A stretch of 64,000 bases of DNA from Acidobacteriota bacterium (GCA_029776225.1 JAKOTR010000043.1:39195-103194); one strand, 5' to 3'. Positions 1 through 9,058 are shown, counted from the first letter of the stretch. Numbers and translations: made by a program. The notes: generated by a model from the letters alone, not told the origin.

Positions 1-366
1 CGGATACCAGGGCAACGACCACCCCGGAAAGAAACTGTCCGCGAAAAGCCCGCTGAAGAACGCCGAGCCCGGCGCGTTTACGCCGAGCGATGGAAGCGGC
101 GAGCCGATGGGCGGTATGCCCAGGTTAGCGAAATTCTGCGGCGTGCCGAAACCGATGACAGCCGAGCCAGGGCTGCGTATCCTTCCAAACGCTCCAAAGG
201 GGCCAAACCCGACTACGGCGCTGCTGCGGCCGAAGCCGCCCCTCACTGCCCCCGGACCGAAACCGATGCCGCCCCCAAATCCGCCTCCAAAGCCGCCCCC
301 GCGCTGAGCCCGCGCCGGCAGGACGAGGAGGAGGCATAGACCGAACCCCAAGCACATTCTGCGCAT
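1..366 (-). CDS. Partial (5' portion) secreted glycine-rich protein with GGFGGG repeats; runs off the window start, absent from ORF track
   Basis: Manual minus-strand translation from ATG (revcomp of cat 364-366): MRRMCLGFGLCLLLVLPARAQ then GGGFGGGFGGGIGFGPGAVRGGFG..., no stop down to position 1. Classic signal peptide with positive n-region. G-rich SD-like AGGGGGG ~6 nt upstream. Confidence 0.4.
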   Translation of the reverse strand, partial: MRRMCLGFGLCLLLVLPARAQRGGGFGGGFGGGIGFGPGAVRGGFGRSSAVVGFGPFGAFGRIRSPGSAVIGFGTPQNFANLGIPPIGSPLPSLGVNAPGSAFFSGLFADSFFPGWSLPWYP

Positions 367-457
367 AGCGATCCCCCCTGAGCACAAGCCTAGCGCCCGG
401 AGCGCTCGCAAGCAAGGCCGCGCGGCAGGGCCAAGCAGACCGCGATACAATTGCCGC

Positions 458-1255
458 ATGAATCGGAGAAGATTTCTCCGGCTCGGATCGCTTGGGAGCC
501 TGGGCCTCGGGCTGGAAGCCGCGCCGGCCGCCGCTTCCTGCATCGTGCTCTGGCAGCGCGGCGGAATGAGCCATCTCGACACGTTCGACATGAAGCCGGA
601 TGCTCCCGCGGACGTTCGCGGGGAGTTCCGCGAGATCCCGACGAACGTGCCTGGAATCCGCATTTGCGAGCATCTGCCGCGCACGGCGCGCATCATGGAC
701 AAGCTCACCATTATTCGGTCAATGTGTTCGAGCGAGACGAACCACGAGCGAGCAGGTTGGAAACTGGCGGGAATGCCGCCCGCGCTGCACGCCCCGGACG
801 CGGAGGCGGCGCTGCACATGATCGAGCGCGGCGCGCGCTTCGTCAGCCTGAGCACGGGGCAGGCGGATTACGACACCCACAGCGATAACTTCGGCCGCCT
901 GAAAAACTACTTGCTGCCTGCCTTCGACCGCGCCTTTTCGAAGCTGATCACCGGTCTGGACAGCCGCGGCATGCTTTCCTCCACGCTGGTGGTCGCCTTG
1001 ACCGAGTTCGGGCGCACGCCGCGCATCAACGCGCTCGGCGGGCGGGACCACCACTCGCGCGCGTGGTCGGTGGTGCTGGCCGGGGCGGGGCTGCCCGGCG
1101 GCCGCGTTCTCGGCGCAACCGACAGGACCGGGACCGAGGTCACAGACCTGCCGGTTTCCCCCGAAGACCTGCTCGCAACCATTTACGCAGTCCTGAGAAT
1201 CCGGCCAGAGGGGAAGCTCGCGGCGGGGCGTGTGATCGAGCCGGTGCTCGGCTGA
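458..1255 (+). CDS. DUF1501 family protein (alkaline-phosphatase/sulfatase-like superfamily), Tat signal, unusually short (265 aa)
   Basis: N-term RRRFLRLGSLGSLGLG Tat motif. Motifs LWQRGGMSHLDTFDMKPDAP, IPTNVPGIRICEHLPRTA and C-term TEFGRTP...GRDHH match DUF1501 as I remember it. Confidence 0.65.
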   Translation: MNRRRFLRLGSLGSLGLGLEAAPAAASCIVLWQRGGMSHLDTFDMKPDAPADVRGEFREIPTNVPGIRICEHLPRTARIMDKLTIIRSMCSSETNHERAGWKLAGMPPALHAPDAEAALHMIERGARFVSLSTGQADYDTHSDNFGRLKNYLLPAFDRAFSKLITGLDSRGMLSSTLVVALTEFGRTPRINALGGRDHHSRAWSVVLAGAGLPGGRVLGATDRTGTEVTDLPVSPEDLLATIYAVLRIRPEGKLAAGRVIEPVLG

Positions 1256-1302
1256 GCCGTTGTAGGATAGTAGGTTACCGAAACGCTCATGGGGAGGTGT
1301 GG

Positions 1303-1755
1303 ATGAGGCTGCTTCTGGTCGCTGTGCTGGCGTGCGCCCCTGCTTTGACAGGGGAGGTGAGGCTCGGGAAGCCTTTGGCGCTGAAAGAAGCCACCCCCAT
1401 TGACCAGCTCCTTGCCGATCCCGATCGATACGTCGGAAAGACAGTGCAGGTGAAGGGAACGGTGCGCGACGTGTGCCAGCGGATGGGATGCTGGACAGAA
1501 GTGGCCAACCCCGCGAGTGGACAATCCGTCCGCGTCAAAGTGAAGGACGGCGAAATCGTGTTTCCGAAAAACTCCATCGGCAAGACGATCGTCGTCGAAG
1601 GCACGCTCGCCAAGATTGAGCAGACGAGGGAACAGGCCATCGCGCAGGCTAAGCACGAGGCCGAGGAGAACAACCGCAAGTTCGACCCCTCCTCGATCAC
1701 AAGCGGAAGGACCTACTACCAAATTCAGGGAACGGGAGCGGTCATCCTTGAGTAG
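1303..1755 (+). CDS. DUF4920-like small secreted protein
   Basis: Signal peptide MRLLLVAVLACAPALTG. RBS ggggagg ~8 nt upstream. Motif VRDVCQRMGCWTEV typical of DUF4920. Confidence 0.55.
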   Translation: MRLLLVAVLACAPALTGEVRLGKPLALKEATPIDQLLADPDRYVGKTVQVKGTVRDVCQRMGCWTEVANPASGQSVRVKVKDGEIVFPKNSIGKTIVVEGTLAKIEQTREQAIAQAKHEAEENNRKFDPSSITSGRTYYQIQGTGAVILE

Positions 1756-1756
1756 C

Positions 1757-3058
1757 ATGGCTCTCACAAGAAGGCAATTATTACTTGCCGCGGCGGGCGC
1801 GCCGCTCGTGGCGCAGGCGAACCGGCCGCCAAACATCGTACTGATCATCGTGGACGAGCTGGGCGCCTGGATGCTCGGCTGCTATGGCAACCGCGAGATA
1901 CGGACGCCGAATATCGACCTGCTGGCGCGCGGCGGCACGCGGTTCCATACGCACATAGCCTCGGCGCCGGCGGGATCGCCCAACAGGGCAACGCTGTTCA
2001 CCGGACGCACTCCCCGGCAGCATGGCATCCGCGATTTCCTCACCCCCGAGCCGATCGAAGATCCGCCGCAGGGCCAGGCCGCGCCGCCGCCGTCGTTTCA
2101 AGAGGAGATCATGATTTCGGACGTGCTTGCCCGCGCCGGATACAACTGCGGTTATGCCGGCAAGTGGGACATGGGCGCCGAAGACAAGCCGCAGCACGGC
2201 TTCAAGCACTGGGCCACGCAGTTGAAAACGGCGGATGCGGTCACCGCGAGCGCGCTCGAGTTTCTCGACGCGCAGAAAGCCGGCCAGCCTTTCTTCCTCA
2301 CCGTGAGCTACCCCGGCCCGCAAGCGCCGTACGAGGGACTGGCCGCGAAATATTACGAGATGTACGCCGGCGTCAAATTCGAGACGATCGGCTGGGATCC
2401 CGCCGCGCCGAACGCCTCGCGGGGCAGGGAGATGCTGGGCGACATTGTCGGCAACATCCGCAAGTGCGCCGCCGCGCTCACCGCCATCGACGACCAGATT
2501 CCGCCGCTGATGAAGAGACTCAACGAGCGCGGCCTGCGCGACGACACGCTGATCGTTCTGACTGGCGCGAGCGGGAACCTGCTCGGACGGCACGGATTGT
2601 GGGGTAGCGGGCACGCCTCCAATCCCGTCAACATGTACGAAGAGTCGACGGCCACGCCGATGATCTGGAACTGGCGCGGAAGGTCGCCGGTGGAGGCTGC
2701 GCGGCCGGAACTGGTCGGCTCGTGCGATTTTCTGCCCACGATTTGCGAAGCGGTGGGAGCGCCCGTGCCGCAGCGCAACCTCCCGGGACGCAGCTATCTG
2801 ACCGCCGTCCTCGGCCAGCAGTTCCCCAGGAGCCAACCCTGGCGCAACCTGGTGTTCAGCGAACTGCGCAACACGCTGATGGCGCGCAACAACCGCTACA
2901 AGCTCGTTCTGAGGAACCAGGGGGAAGGGCCGAACGAGCTTTACGACCTCCGCGCGGACCCAGGGGAGAAAGTAAATCAGTATTCCAATCCATCCTTTGT
3001 CAGCGTCCGCGACCAGCTTGCTGCTGAACTCGATCGCTGGCAAAAAGAGTTTAAATAG
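1757..3058 (+). CDS. Sulfatase (alkaline phosphatase superfamily) family protein, Tat signal; formylglycine position is Gly
   Basis: MALTRRQLLLAAAGAPLVAQA Tat signal. NIVLIIVDELG N-term. Signature region reads AGSPNRATLFTGR, against canonical C/S-x-P-x-R-x-x-L-x-TGR. Confidence 0.8.
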   Translation: MALTRRQLLLAAAGAPLVAQANRPPNIVLIIVDELGAWMLGCYGNREIRTPNIDLLARGGTRFHTHIASAPAGSPNRATLFTGRTPRQHGIRDFLTPEPIEDPPQGQAAPPPSFQEEIMISDVLARAGYNCGYAGKWDMGAEDKPQHGFKHWATQLKTADAVTASALEFLDAQKAGQPFFLTVSYPGPQAPYEGLAAKYYEMYAGVKFETIGWDPAAPNASRGREMLGDIVGNIRKCAAALTAIDDQIPPLMKRLNERGLRDDTLIVLTGASGNLLGRHGLWGSGHASNPVNMYEESTATPMIWNWRGRSPVEAARPELVGSCDFLPTICEAVGAPVPQRNLPGRSYLTAVLGQQFPRSQPWRNLVFSELRNTLMARNNRYKLVLRNQGEGPNELYDLRADPGEKVNQYSNPSFVSVRDQLAAELDRWQKEFK

Positions 3059-3159
3059 TTTAAATAGAGTTTGCAGTAAGGTTTCTCGTACGGGACTTCG
3101 GCTTCGGCGGACGCTGGAGGCAAGAAGAGTTTCAGTAAAGTTCAAAGTAAGGTTTCGTC

Positions 3160-3843
3160 GTGTCAGCGCCGCAAAAAATGGAAACGTTCCGGCGCGTGCC
3201 GCTGTTCGCCGGGCTTACAGAAGAGGAACTGGCGTCTCTTGCCAGACGCGCGGTGGAAAAACGCTACTCCGCCGGCGAGGTGCTCTTCTATGAAGGCGAG
3301 CCGTGCACCGGGTTTTTCCTGATCGGGCAGGGATCGGTCAAGATCTACAAGACCTCGGGTTCCGGGCGCGAGATCATGCTGGCGATCGATACCGCCCCGT
3401 CCAGCGTGGCGGAGGTGCCGCTGTTTGACGGTGGTCCTTATCCGGCCACGGTGAGCGCGGTGAATGACGTGGTCGCCTACGTGGTGAGCAAGCAGGATTT
3501 CCATGCCGTGTGCCTGCAAAATCCCAACCTGCCTCTCAAAGTGCTGGCGGTGGTGGGGCGAAGGCTCAGGCACCTGGTGCGGATCGTGGAAAGCGTGACC
3601 TTCGGCAGCGTCCGCCAGAGGCTCGCGAGCGCGCTGCTGGAATTCGGCAACCAGGCCGGCTCGGACGTGTTCTCCCTCCCCGTTACCCACGAGGAACTCG
3701 CTTTGCGCCTCGGCACGGTGCGCGAAGTGGTCTCCCGAAATCTCAGCCGCTTTCAGGCCGAAGGCCTGCTGCGCGTCCAGCGGCGCGAGATCCATTTGCT
3801 GGACCGAGAGGGATTGCTCCGCGAGGCGGAAACCGAGTTGTAA
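3160..3843 (+). CDS. Crp/Fnr family transcriptional regulator (GTG start; alternative ATG at 3178)
   Basis: cNMP-binding-like N domain (LFAGLTEEELASLA...GEVLFYEGEP) and C-terminal HTH (THEELALRLGTVREVVSRNLSRFQAEGLL). Confidence 0.85.
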   Translation: MSAPQKMETFRRVPLFAGLTEEELASLARRAVEKRYSAGEVLFYEGEPCTGFFLIGQGSVKIYKTSGSGREIMLAIDTAPSSVAEVPLFDGGPYPATVSAVNDVVAYVVSKQDFHAVCLQNPNLPLKVLAVVGRRLRHLVRIVESVTFGSVRQRLASALLEFGNQAGSDVFSLPVTHEELALRLGTVREVVSRNLSRFQAEGLLRVQRREIHLLDREGLLREAETEL

Positions 3844-3867
3844 ACCTTTTTTTCGCCCGGAATTCCA

Positions 3868-3881
3868 GTGACTTACGTCAC
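3868..3881. promoter_or_regulatory. Perfect dyad GTGAC-N4-GTCAC (FNR-box geometry), centred ~42 bp upstream of the hemerythrin ATG
   Basis: Sequence gtgacttacgtcac read directly. Same 14-bp dyad type recurs three times at 9059-9265. Confidence 0.5.
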
Positions 3882-3916
3882 TTCACTTGCCTGTATACGC
3901 GGGTTAAGCTGGAAAT

Positions 3917-4471
3917 ATGTACACCGTGGAACGACTGCTGCGCGTCTCACGGGGGGAAGAGAGCGCACGCACCACCATCGACTACCCTTTGGAGCATCTC
4001 GTGGCATGTCACCGGCGTATCGAGGAGCGCCTGGAGATGCTGGAACGCGCCGGCGCCCACCTTGCCGGACGCCCCGACGACGCCCTTGAGGCTATCGATG
4101 CCGCTTTTCGCTACTTCGACTCCAGCGGCGTGCTTCACACGGCCGACGAGGAGCAGAGCCTGTTTCCGCGGCTCCGCCCGCGCCTGCTGCCCGACGAGCT
4201 GGAGATGGTCGCCCGGCTCGACCGGGAGCACCGCGAAGCCGAGGCCCTTTACGCCGAGCTCAAGGCCGCCGTGGCGCGCCTTCGAAAAGATCCTCACAAC
4301 GAGCAGCTCGGAGAGGAGTACCGGAATCTTGTGAAGCGGTTCACCGAGCTGTACAACTCGCACATCAGGCTCGAGGACAACGAGCTCGTCCGCGTGGCGA
4401 AGCGAGACCTCACCCGCCAGGAACTGGACGCGATTTCCCGGGAAATGAAGCAGCGGCGGAATTTGTTCTGA
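3917..4471 (+). CDS. Hemerythrin-like (HHE cation-binding) domain protein
   Basis: H/E-rich helical signature (HLVACHRRIEERLE...DREHREAEALY...HIRLEDNEL). Confidence 0.7.
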   Translation: MYTVERLLRVSRGEESARTTIDYPLEHLVACHRRIEERLEMLERAGAHLAGRPDDALEAIDAAFRYFDSSGVLHTADEEQSLFPRLRPRLLPDELEMVARLDREHREAEALYAELKAAVARLRKDPHNEQLGEEYRNLVKRFTELYNSHIRLEDNELVRVAKRDLTRQELDAISREMKQRRNLF

Positions 4472-4527
4472 AATTCCGAGGCGCTCGTCCGCTGGAACCC
4501 GTTCCGCTGTGGCAGACTGGTCTGGTT

Positions 4528-4959
4528 ATGAGAGTGCTCGTCGCTTTGGGGTTCCTGTTCGGACTTTTCTCGGGCATTGCCCGCGCGCAGGCCAGCCTGG
4601 AATTGCAGGCATGCAACGCCAGAGCCCGCTCCCAGGCCGAATTGAATAAGTGCGCCGAGGAAGAACTCGGGCGCGCCGACGAAGCGATGAACCGCGCGTA
4701 CGAAGCCCTTCTGGCGAAGGCCGCGAAGCACCCGGTGGCTGTGAAGAAAATCAAGGCCGCGCAGCAGGCCTGGCTTGCGTTTCGCGAAGCTCACCTGGAA
4801 GCTGTTTTCCCCGCCGAAGACAAGCTGGCCGCTTACGGAGCAGTCCAGCCGATGTGCGCCGCGCTGCTGCGCGCCGAGCTTGCCTGGGAGCGCGCCCAGG
4901 TCCTGGAATCGATGGCGAATCCCGAGGAAGGCGATGTGTGCTGCGGGCAGCGCTACTAG
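4528..4959 (+). CDS. DUF1311 / LprI-like lysozyme-inhibitor family secreted protein
   Basis: Signal peptide. Conserved Cys pattern and AQQAWLAFREAHLEA motif typical of DUF1311. Confidence 0.6.
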   Translation: MRVLVALGFLFGLFSGIARAQASLELQACNARARSQAELNKCAEEELGRADEAMNRAYEALLAKAAKHPVAVKKIKAAQQAWLAFREAHLEAVFPAEDKLAAYGAVQPMCAALLRAELAWERAQVLESMANPEEGDVCCGQRY

Positions 4960-5847
4960 CTACTCGGGCTCGGGGTGGACGATGACGTCGGCGCCGGGCG
5001 CCACACTCTGAATCGCCCGCTCGATGTCCTCGGTCAATGCGTGCGCCGCGCGAAGCGACTGATCGCCGTCAACGAGCACGTGGACATCGACAAACAACCG
5101 GGGGCCGGAATAGCGAAGCCGCACGTTGTGGCAGTCCTTCACCCCTTCCACGGACTGGGCCGCCCCGGTGATCTTCTCCTCCAGGCCGGCCGGCGCGGTG
5201 TCGATCAGCGATGCAATGCTGCGCACCCCGAGCCTCACGCTGATCAGGATCACGATTCCCGCAACGATGATGGCGGCCACGGCGTCCGCCTGGCGCAGCG
5301 CTCCCAAGGCCGGCACCCGCTCCGAAATCAACACGCAGATGAGGCCGAGGATCACCACCGCCGAGCTCCAGATGTCCGTGCTGAAATGCAGCGCGTCAGC
5401 TTCGAGCGCCTGGCTGTTGTACTTGCGGGCCGCCCGGTAGAGCACACGGGAGCGCGAGGCGTCGACGATGATCGAGGTGATCATAACGGCAAACGACCAG
5501 AACGTCACCTCGATTTCGATTCTCTGTTCGATGAGGCGGCCTGCGGCGCCGTAGATAATCCACACGCACGTCGCCAGCAGCAGCATGGTCTCGAACAGGG
5601 CCGAGAGGTTCTCTACTTTTCCGTGGCCGTAGGTGTGCGAGCGGTCGGCGGGCTTACCCGAGATCCGCACCGAAACCCAGGTCATCAGGGCGGCTACAAG
5701 GTCCAGCCCGGAGTGCGCCGCCTCAGCGAGAATTCCAAGGCTGCCTGTGGCGGCGCCCACCAGGGCTTTGAAGGTAGTTAAACCGATGGCCGCCAGCACC
5801 GAACTCGCGGCGGCCCACCGTTTTTCTTTTTCCGCCCGTTCTGTCAA
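4960..5847 (-). CDS. Cation diffusion facilitator (CDF) family transporter; TTG start overlapping the upstream gene's stop
   Basis: CDF signatures (SLGILAEAAHSGLDLVAAL, HTYGHGKVENL). C-terminal cytoplasmic domain. Four-base overlap with the upstream gene implies co-transcription. Confidence 0.8.
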   Translation of the reverse strand: MTERAEKEKRWAAASSVLAAIGLTTFKALVGAATGSLGILAEAAHSGLDLVAALMTWVSVRISGKPADRSHTYGHGKVENLSALFETMLLLATCVWIIYGAAGRLIEQRIEIEVTFWSFAVMITSIIVDASRSRVLYRAARKYNSQALEADALHFSTDIWSSAVVILGLICVLISERVPALGALRQADAVAAIIVAGIVILISVRLGVRSIASLIDTAPAGLEEKITGAAQSVEGVKDCHNVRLRYSGPRLFVDVHVLVDGDQSLRAAHALTEDIERAIQSVAPGADVIVHPEPE

Positions 5848-8171
5848 GTCGAAAGGCCGATTTGGCAGAGGTGTTTCTCAAGCACCGTCTTTTCTTGGGC
5901 GAGATAGGCGCGGTTCCTGCGCGTGAGCTCGTCGAAATCAACCTTGTGAGCGTCGAACTCCGGTCCGTCCACGCAGGCGAACTTAACCTCCCCGCCTACG
6001 GTAACGCGGCAGCCGCCGCACATGCCAGTACCGTCCACCATGATTGGATTCAGGCTGGCAAAAGTAGGCACACCCCATTCGCGGGTGAGTTCGGCCGCAG
6101 CGCGCATCATCGGGATTGGCCCGATGACGTGGACAACACCGGGAGTGATTCCGCTCTGCTCCTTCCACGCGCGCATAAGCTGAACTACATTCCCATGGAA
6201 CGCGCCCGATCCGTCGTCAGTGGCCCAATGGACTTCATCGGCCACGGAGCGCAATTCTTCATCCAGGATAATATGGGCCGTTGACCGCGCTCCGCAGAGC
6301 GCAATCACGCGGTTGCCGGCCTCATGGAACGCCCGCACGACGGGCAGCAGTTCGGCCGTCCCCACACCGCCGGCGACGCAGAGCGCCGTGCCGACTTTTT
6401 CGATGGTGGCGGGAAGGCCCAGCGGGCCGAGCAGGTCCGCGATGTAATCGCCTGCCTCCAGCGACAGCGTCTGCCGCGAGGTTTTTCCGAGCGCCTGAAC
6501 AACGAGCCTGATGGTGCCCGCCGCGGGGTCGCCGTCCACCAGCGTGAGCGGGATGCGCTCGCTCTCGGGAGTGGGCCGCAGAATGATGAACTGCCCGGCC
6601 TTCCAGTGCCTGGCGATTTCGGGCGCCTCGATTTCCAGGCTGGCGATCTCAGGCGTGAGCAGGCGCTTGGAAACTACGCGGTTGCCGCGGCCATTGGTGG
6701 CGGTGGGTATCCCGGAAACGGCAACGCTCTTTGCTTTCGGGCGCAGTTCGCGGTCGATAGCCTCGGCGGCCGCCCGGCCGTCGCGCATCGCCAGGATCAC
6801 GGTAGCCCCGCCGCGCACAACATCCCCTCCGGCGTAGACGTTCGGCAGGCTGGTCCTGCCGGCCTCGTCGATGACAATCTTACCGCGTTTCGTAATCAGT
6901 GTCGGGGTGGCGCGCTGGACGGTGGGGTTCGGGCTCTGGCCGATTGCCATCACCACGGTATCCACCGGCATGCGGTACTCGGAACCGGGTATCGGAACGG
7001 GCCTGGGGCGCCCGGACTCGTCCGGCTCTCCAAGCTGCATGCGCTGGACTTCCATTTCCTTCAACACGCCGTTTTCGTCCCCGAACAGCCGGACGGGCAC
7101 GGCCAGAAACTCGAACTGGACGCCCTCCTCCTCGGCGTGCTCGATCTCTTCGAGGCGGGCGCGCAGCTCGGCCCGGCCGCGGCGGAACATGATGATGCTT
7201 TCACTGCCCAACCGCTTGGCCCAGCGCGCGGCGTCCATCGCGGAATTGCCGCCGCCGATGACCACGGTCCGCTTGCCCACGAGGACCGGCGTGTCACTCG
7301 CCGGGAATTCGTAGGCCTGCATGAGGTTGATCCGGGTCAAATACTCGTTGGCGGTATACACGCCCACCAGGTTCTCTCCCGGAATGCCCATCAGGTGGGG
7401 CAGGCCGGCGCCGGTGCCGATGAACACGGCGGAGTAGCCCCACTCGAAAAGCTCATCGATCGTGGCGGTCTTGCCCACGATGAAGTTGGTGCGGAACTCG
7501 ACTCCAAGCGCGCGAAGCCGCTCGATCTCCTCGTCGATAATCTGGCGCGGCAAGCGAAATGGCGGGATGCCGTAGGCCAGGACGCCGCCCAGCCTGTGCA
7601 GCGCCTCGAAAACCGTGACGCCGTAGCCTTTGCGCACAAGGTCGAAGGCGGCGATCAGCGAGGCGGGTCCGCTGCCGACCAGCGCTACTTTCAGGCCGTT
7701 GGGCGGTTCCACAGGGGGAAGCCGCCGGTCGCTCGAACTCCGCTGATAATCCGCCAGGAAACGTTCGAGCGAGCCGATCGCCACCGGCTCCAGCTTCGTT
7801 TTCGGATTGCCGAGCAGGCAAGCCTTCTCGCAGAACAACTCGTGCTGGCAAACGCGTCCACAGATGCCCGGAAATGGTGTGTACTTGCTGATGGTTTCAA
7901 AAGCGCCACCGAAGTCGCCCTCCACCATGCGGGCGATCACACTCTTGATATCGATGTGGAGCGGGCAGGCTTCCACGCATTTCGGATCCCTGCAATTCAG
8001 GCAGCGGAGCGCTTCGGTCCAAGCCTGCTCCTGGTCGAACCCCAACGCCACTTCTTCACACGTAGTGGTCCGCTTCACCGGATCCAGCAACGGAAGTTGC
8101 TGGCGCGGAATTTTGGGGTTGCGCTTGCGTTTTACCGTTGGCACAGGGGTCACGTCAGCTTTTTCGGGCAT
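5844..8171 (-). CDS. Fused NfnB/GltD-like (N-term) and NfnA/SudB/PyrK-like (C-term) oxidoreductase, single 775-aa polypeptide
   Basis: N-term: Cys clusters (CEEVALGF..CLNCRDPKCVEACP; CGRVCQHELFCEKAC) and two Rossmann folds (VALVGSGPASLIAAFDL; VVIGGGNSAMDAA) as in GltD/NfnB. C-term: FNR-like FAD/NAD module ending in a 2Fe-2S motif (MCGGCRVTVGGEVKFACVDGPEF). Confidence 0.8.
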   Translation of the reverse strand: MPEKADVTPVPTVKRKRNPKIPRQQLPLLDPVKRTTTCEEVALGFDQEQAWTEALRCLNCRDPKCVEACPLHIDIKSVIARMVEGDFGGAFETISKYTPFPGICGRVCQHELFCEKACLLGNPKTKLEPVAIGSLERFLADYQRSSSDRRLPPVEPPNGLKVALVGSGPASLIAAFDLVRKGYGVTVFEALHRLGGVLAYGIPPFRLPRQIIDEEIERLRALGVEFRTNFIVGKTATIDELFEWGYSAVFIGTGAGLPHLMGIPGENLVGVYTANEYLTRINLMQAYEFPASDTPVLVGKRTVVIGGGNSAMDAARWAKRLGSESIIMFRRGRAELRARLEEIEHAEEEGVQFEFLAVPVRLFGDENGVLKEMEVQRMQLGEPDESGRPRPVPIPGSEYRMPVDTVVMAIGQSPNPTVQRATPTLITKRGKIVIDEAGRTSLPNVYAGGDVVRGGATVILAMRDGRAAAEAIDRELRPKAKSVAVSGIPTATNGRGNRVVSKRLLTPEIASLEIEAPEIARHWKAGQFIILRPTPESERIPLTLVDGDPAAGTIRLVVQALGKTSRQTLSLEAGDYIADLLGPLGLPATIEKVGTALCVAGGVGTAELLPVVRAFHEAGNRVIALCGARSTAHIILDEELRSVADEVHWATDDGSGAFHGNVVQLMRAWKEQSGITPGVVHVIGPIPMMRAAAELTREWGVPTFASLNPIMVDGTGMCGGCRVTVGGEVKFACVDGPEFDAHKVDFDELTRRNRAYLAQEKTVLEKHLCQIGLST

Positions 8172-8309
8172 CTTCTCTATGGGTGTCCTCTACAAAATGG
8201 ATGAAAGCAATTTCAATTCCCATTGTGGCGCACTAAGAGAAATCAGATCAAATTGCCCTTTTTGTGCGCCTGGAGGACACCCGATTGCGTGATATGACCC
8301 GCTCGCCGC

Positions 8310-9008
8310 TTAGAGTTCCCTCAGTGCCCTGGGGAACAGCACGTTGTTTTCCAGGTGAATGTGCTGGTGAAGGTCCGCTTCCAGTTCCTGCAGTCCCGTG
8401 TAGAGGGCGCGGAAGGTCGCGCAGGCATCGGGCGGAAGCGTATAGTCGCTGGTGATTTTGCGCATCTGTGCAAGCGCTTCCCCGGCGCTGTCGTGCTCAT
8501 GGATCATCATCCGGATCGGATTTTCGATATGGCCGAAGGGCATCGGCTCGGGCGGGCGCCCCTCCTGGCGCGCGCGCTCGGCTGACTCGATGGCGGGGAA
8601 CAGGATGAACTCTTCCTTCCTGAGGTGAGTCAGAAGCTCGTTTTGCAGCCCCTCAAAAACTTCTTGGAGCCTCTTCAGCATCTCCCCGTGCGCCGCACTA
8701 TGAGCCTCGATGACGCGGGCGAGCCTGGCATCGAGCGCGGGCAGTTCCGCTTTCAGATATTCGTGGTGTGTCGAGACGATGTGGTCGGTCAGTTCGCAGA
8801 GCGCGGCTTTGGTCCAGTCCTTCTCCGGCGCGCGGGCGGCAGCCGCCTGCACTTCGGCCAGAACGGCTTCGGGTGAGAGGCCTCGCTCGCGGCAGACTTC
8901 CTCGAGCGGCCGGTTCCCGCCGCAGCAGTAATCGATCTTGTACTTCTCAAAGACCCGCACGGATGCCGGCTGTTCAGCCGCAATCTCCCCAACGGTTTGC
9001 CGATTCAT
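8310..9008 (-). CDS. ric: Iron-sulfur cluster repair di-iron protein (RIC / ScdA / YtfE family)
   Basis: N-terminal DYCCGG motif and hemerythrin-like His/Glu repeats (HHEYLKAELP...HEHDSAGE...HQHIHLENNVLFP). Confidence 0.85.
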   Translation of the reverse strand: MNRQTVGEIAAEQPASVRVFEKYKIDYCCGGNRPLEEVCRERGLSPEAVLAEVQAAAARAPEKDWTKAALCELTDHIVSTHHEYLKAELPALDARLARVIEAHSAAHGEMLKRLQEVFEGLQNELLTHLRKEEFILFPAIESAERARQEGRPPEPMPFGHIENPIRMMIHEHDSAGEALAQMRKITSDYTLPPDACATFRALYTGLQELEADLHQHIHLENNVLFPRALREL

Positions 9009-9058
9009 TTACATTCCACCTCCATCCCCATGCTAGGGCGCAAGGGCCGGCGCGCTCA

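Noticed and set aside
107-307. 66-aa Pro-rich plus-strand ORF
   Set aside because: It is the complement of Gly codons of a more convincing minus-strand Gly-rich CDS that has a signal peptide and RBS.
1781-3145. 454-aa minus-strand ORF
   Set aside because: Antisense to the sulfatase-family gene.
6324-8204. 626-aa plus-strand ORF
   Set aside because: Antisense to the NfnBA-like gene, which has clear cofactor motifs. No recognisable features.
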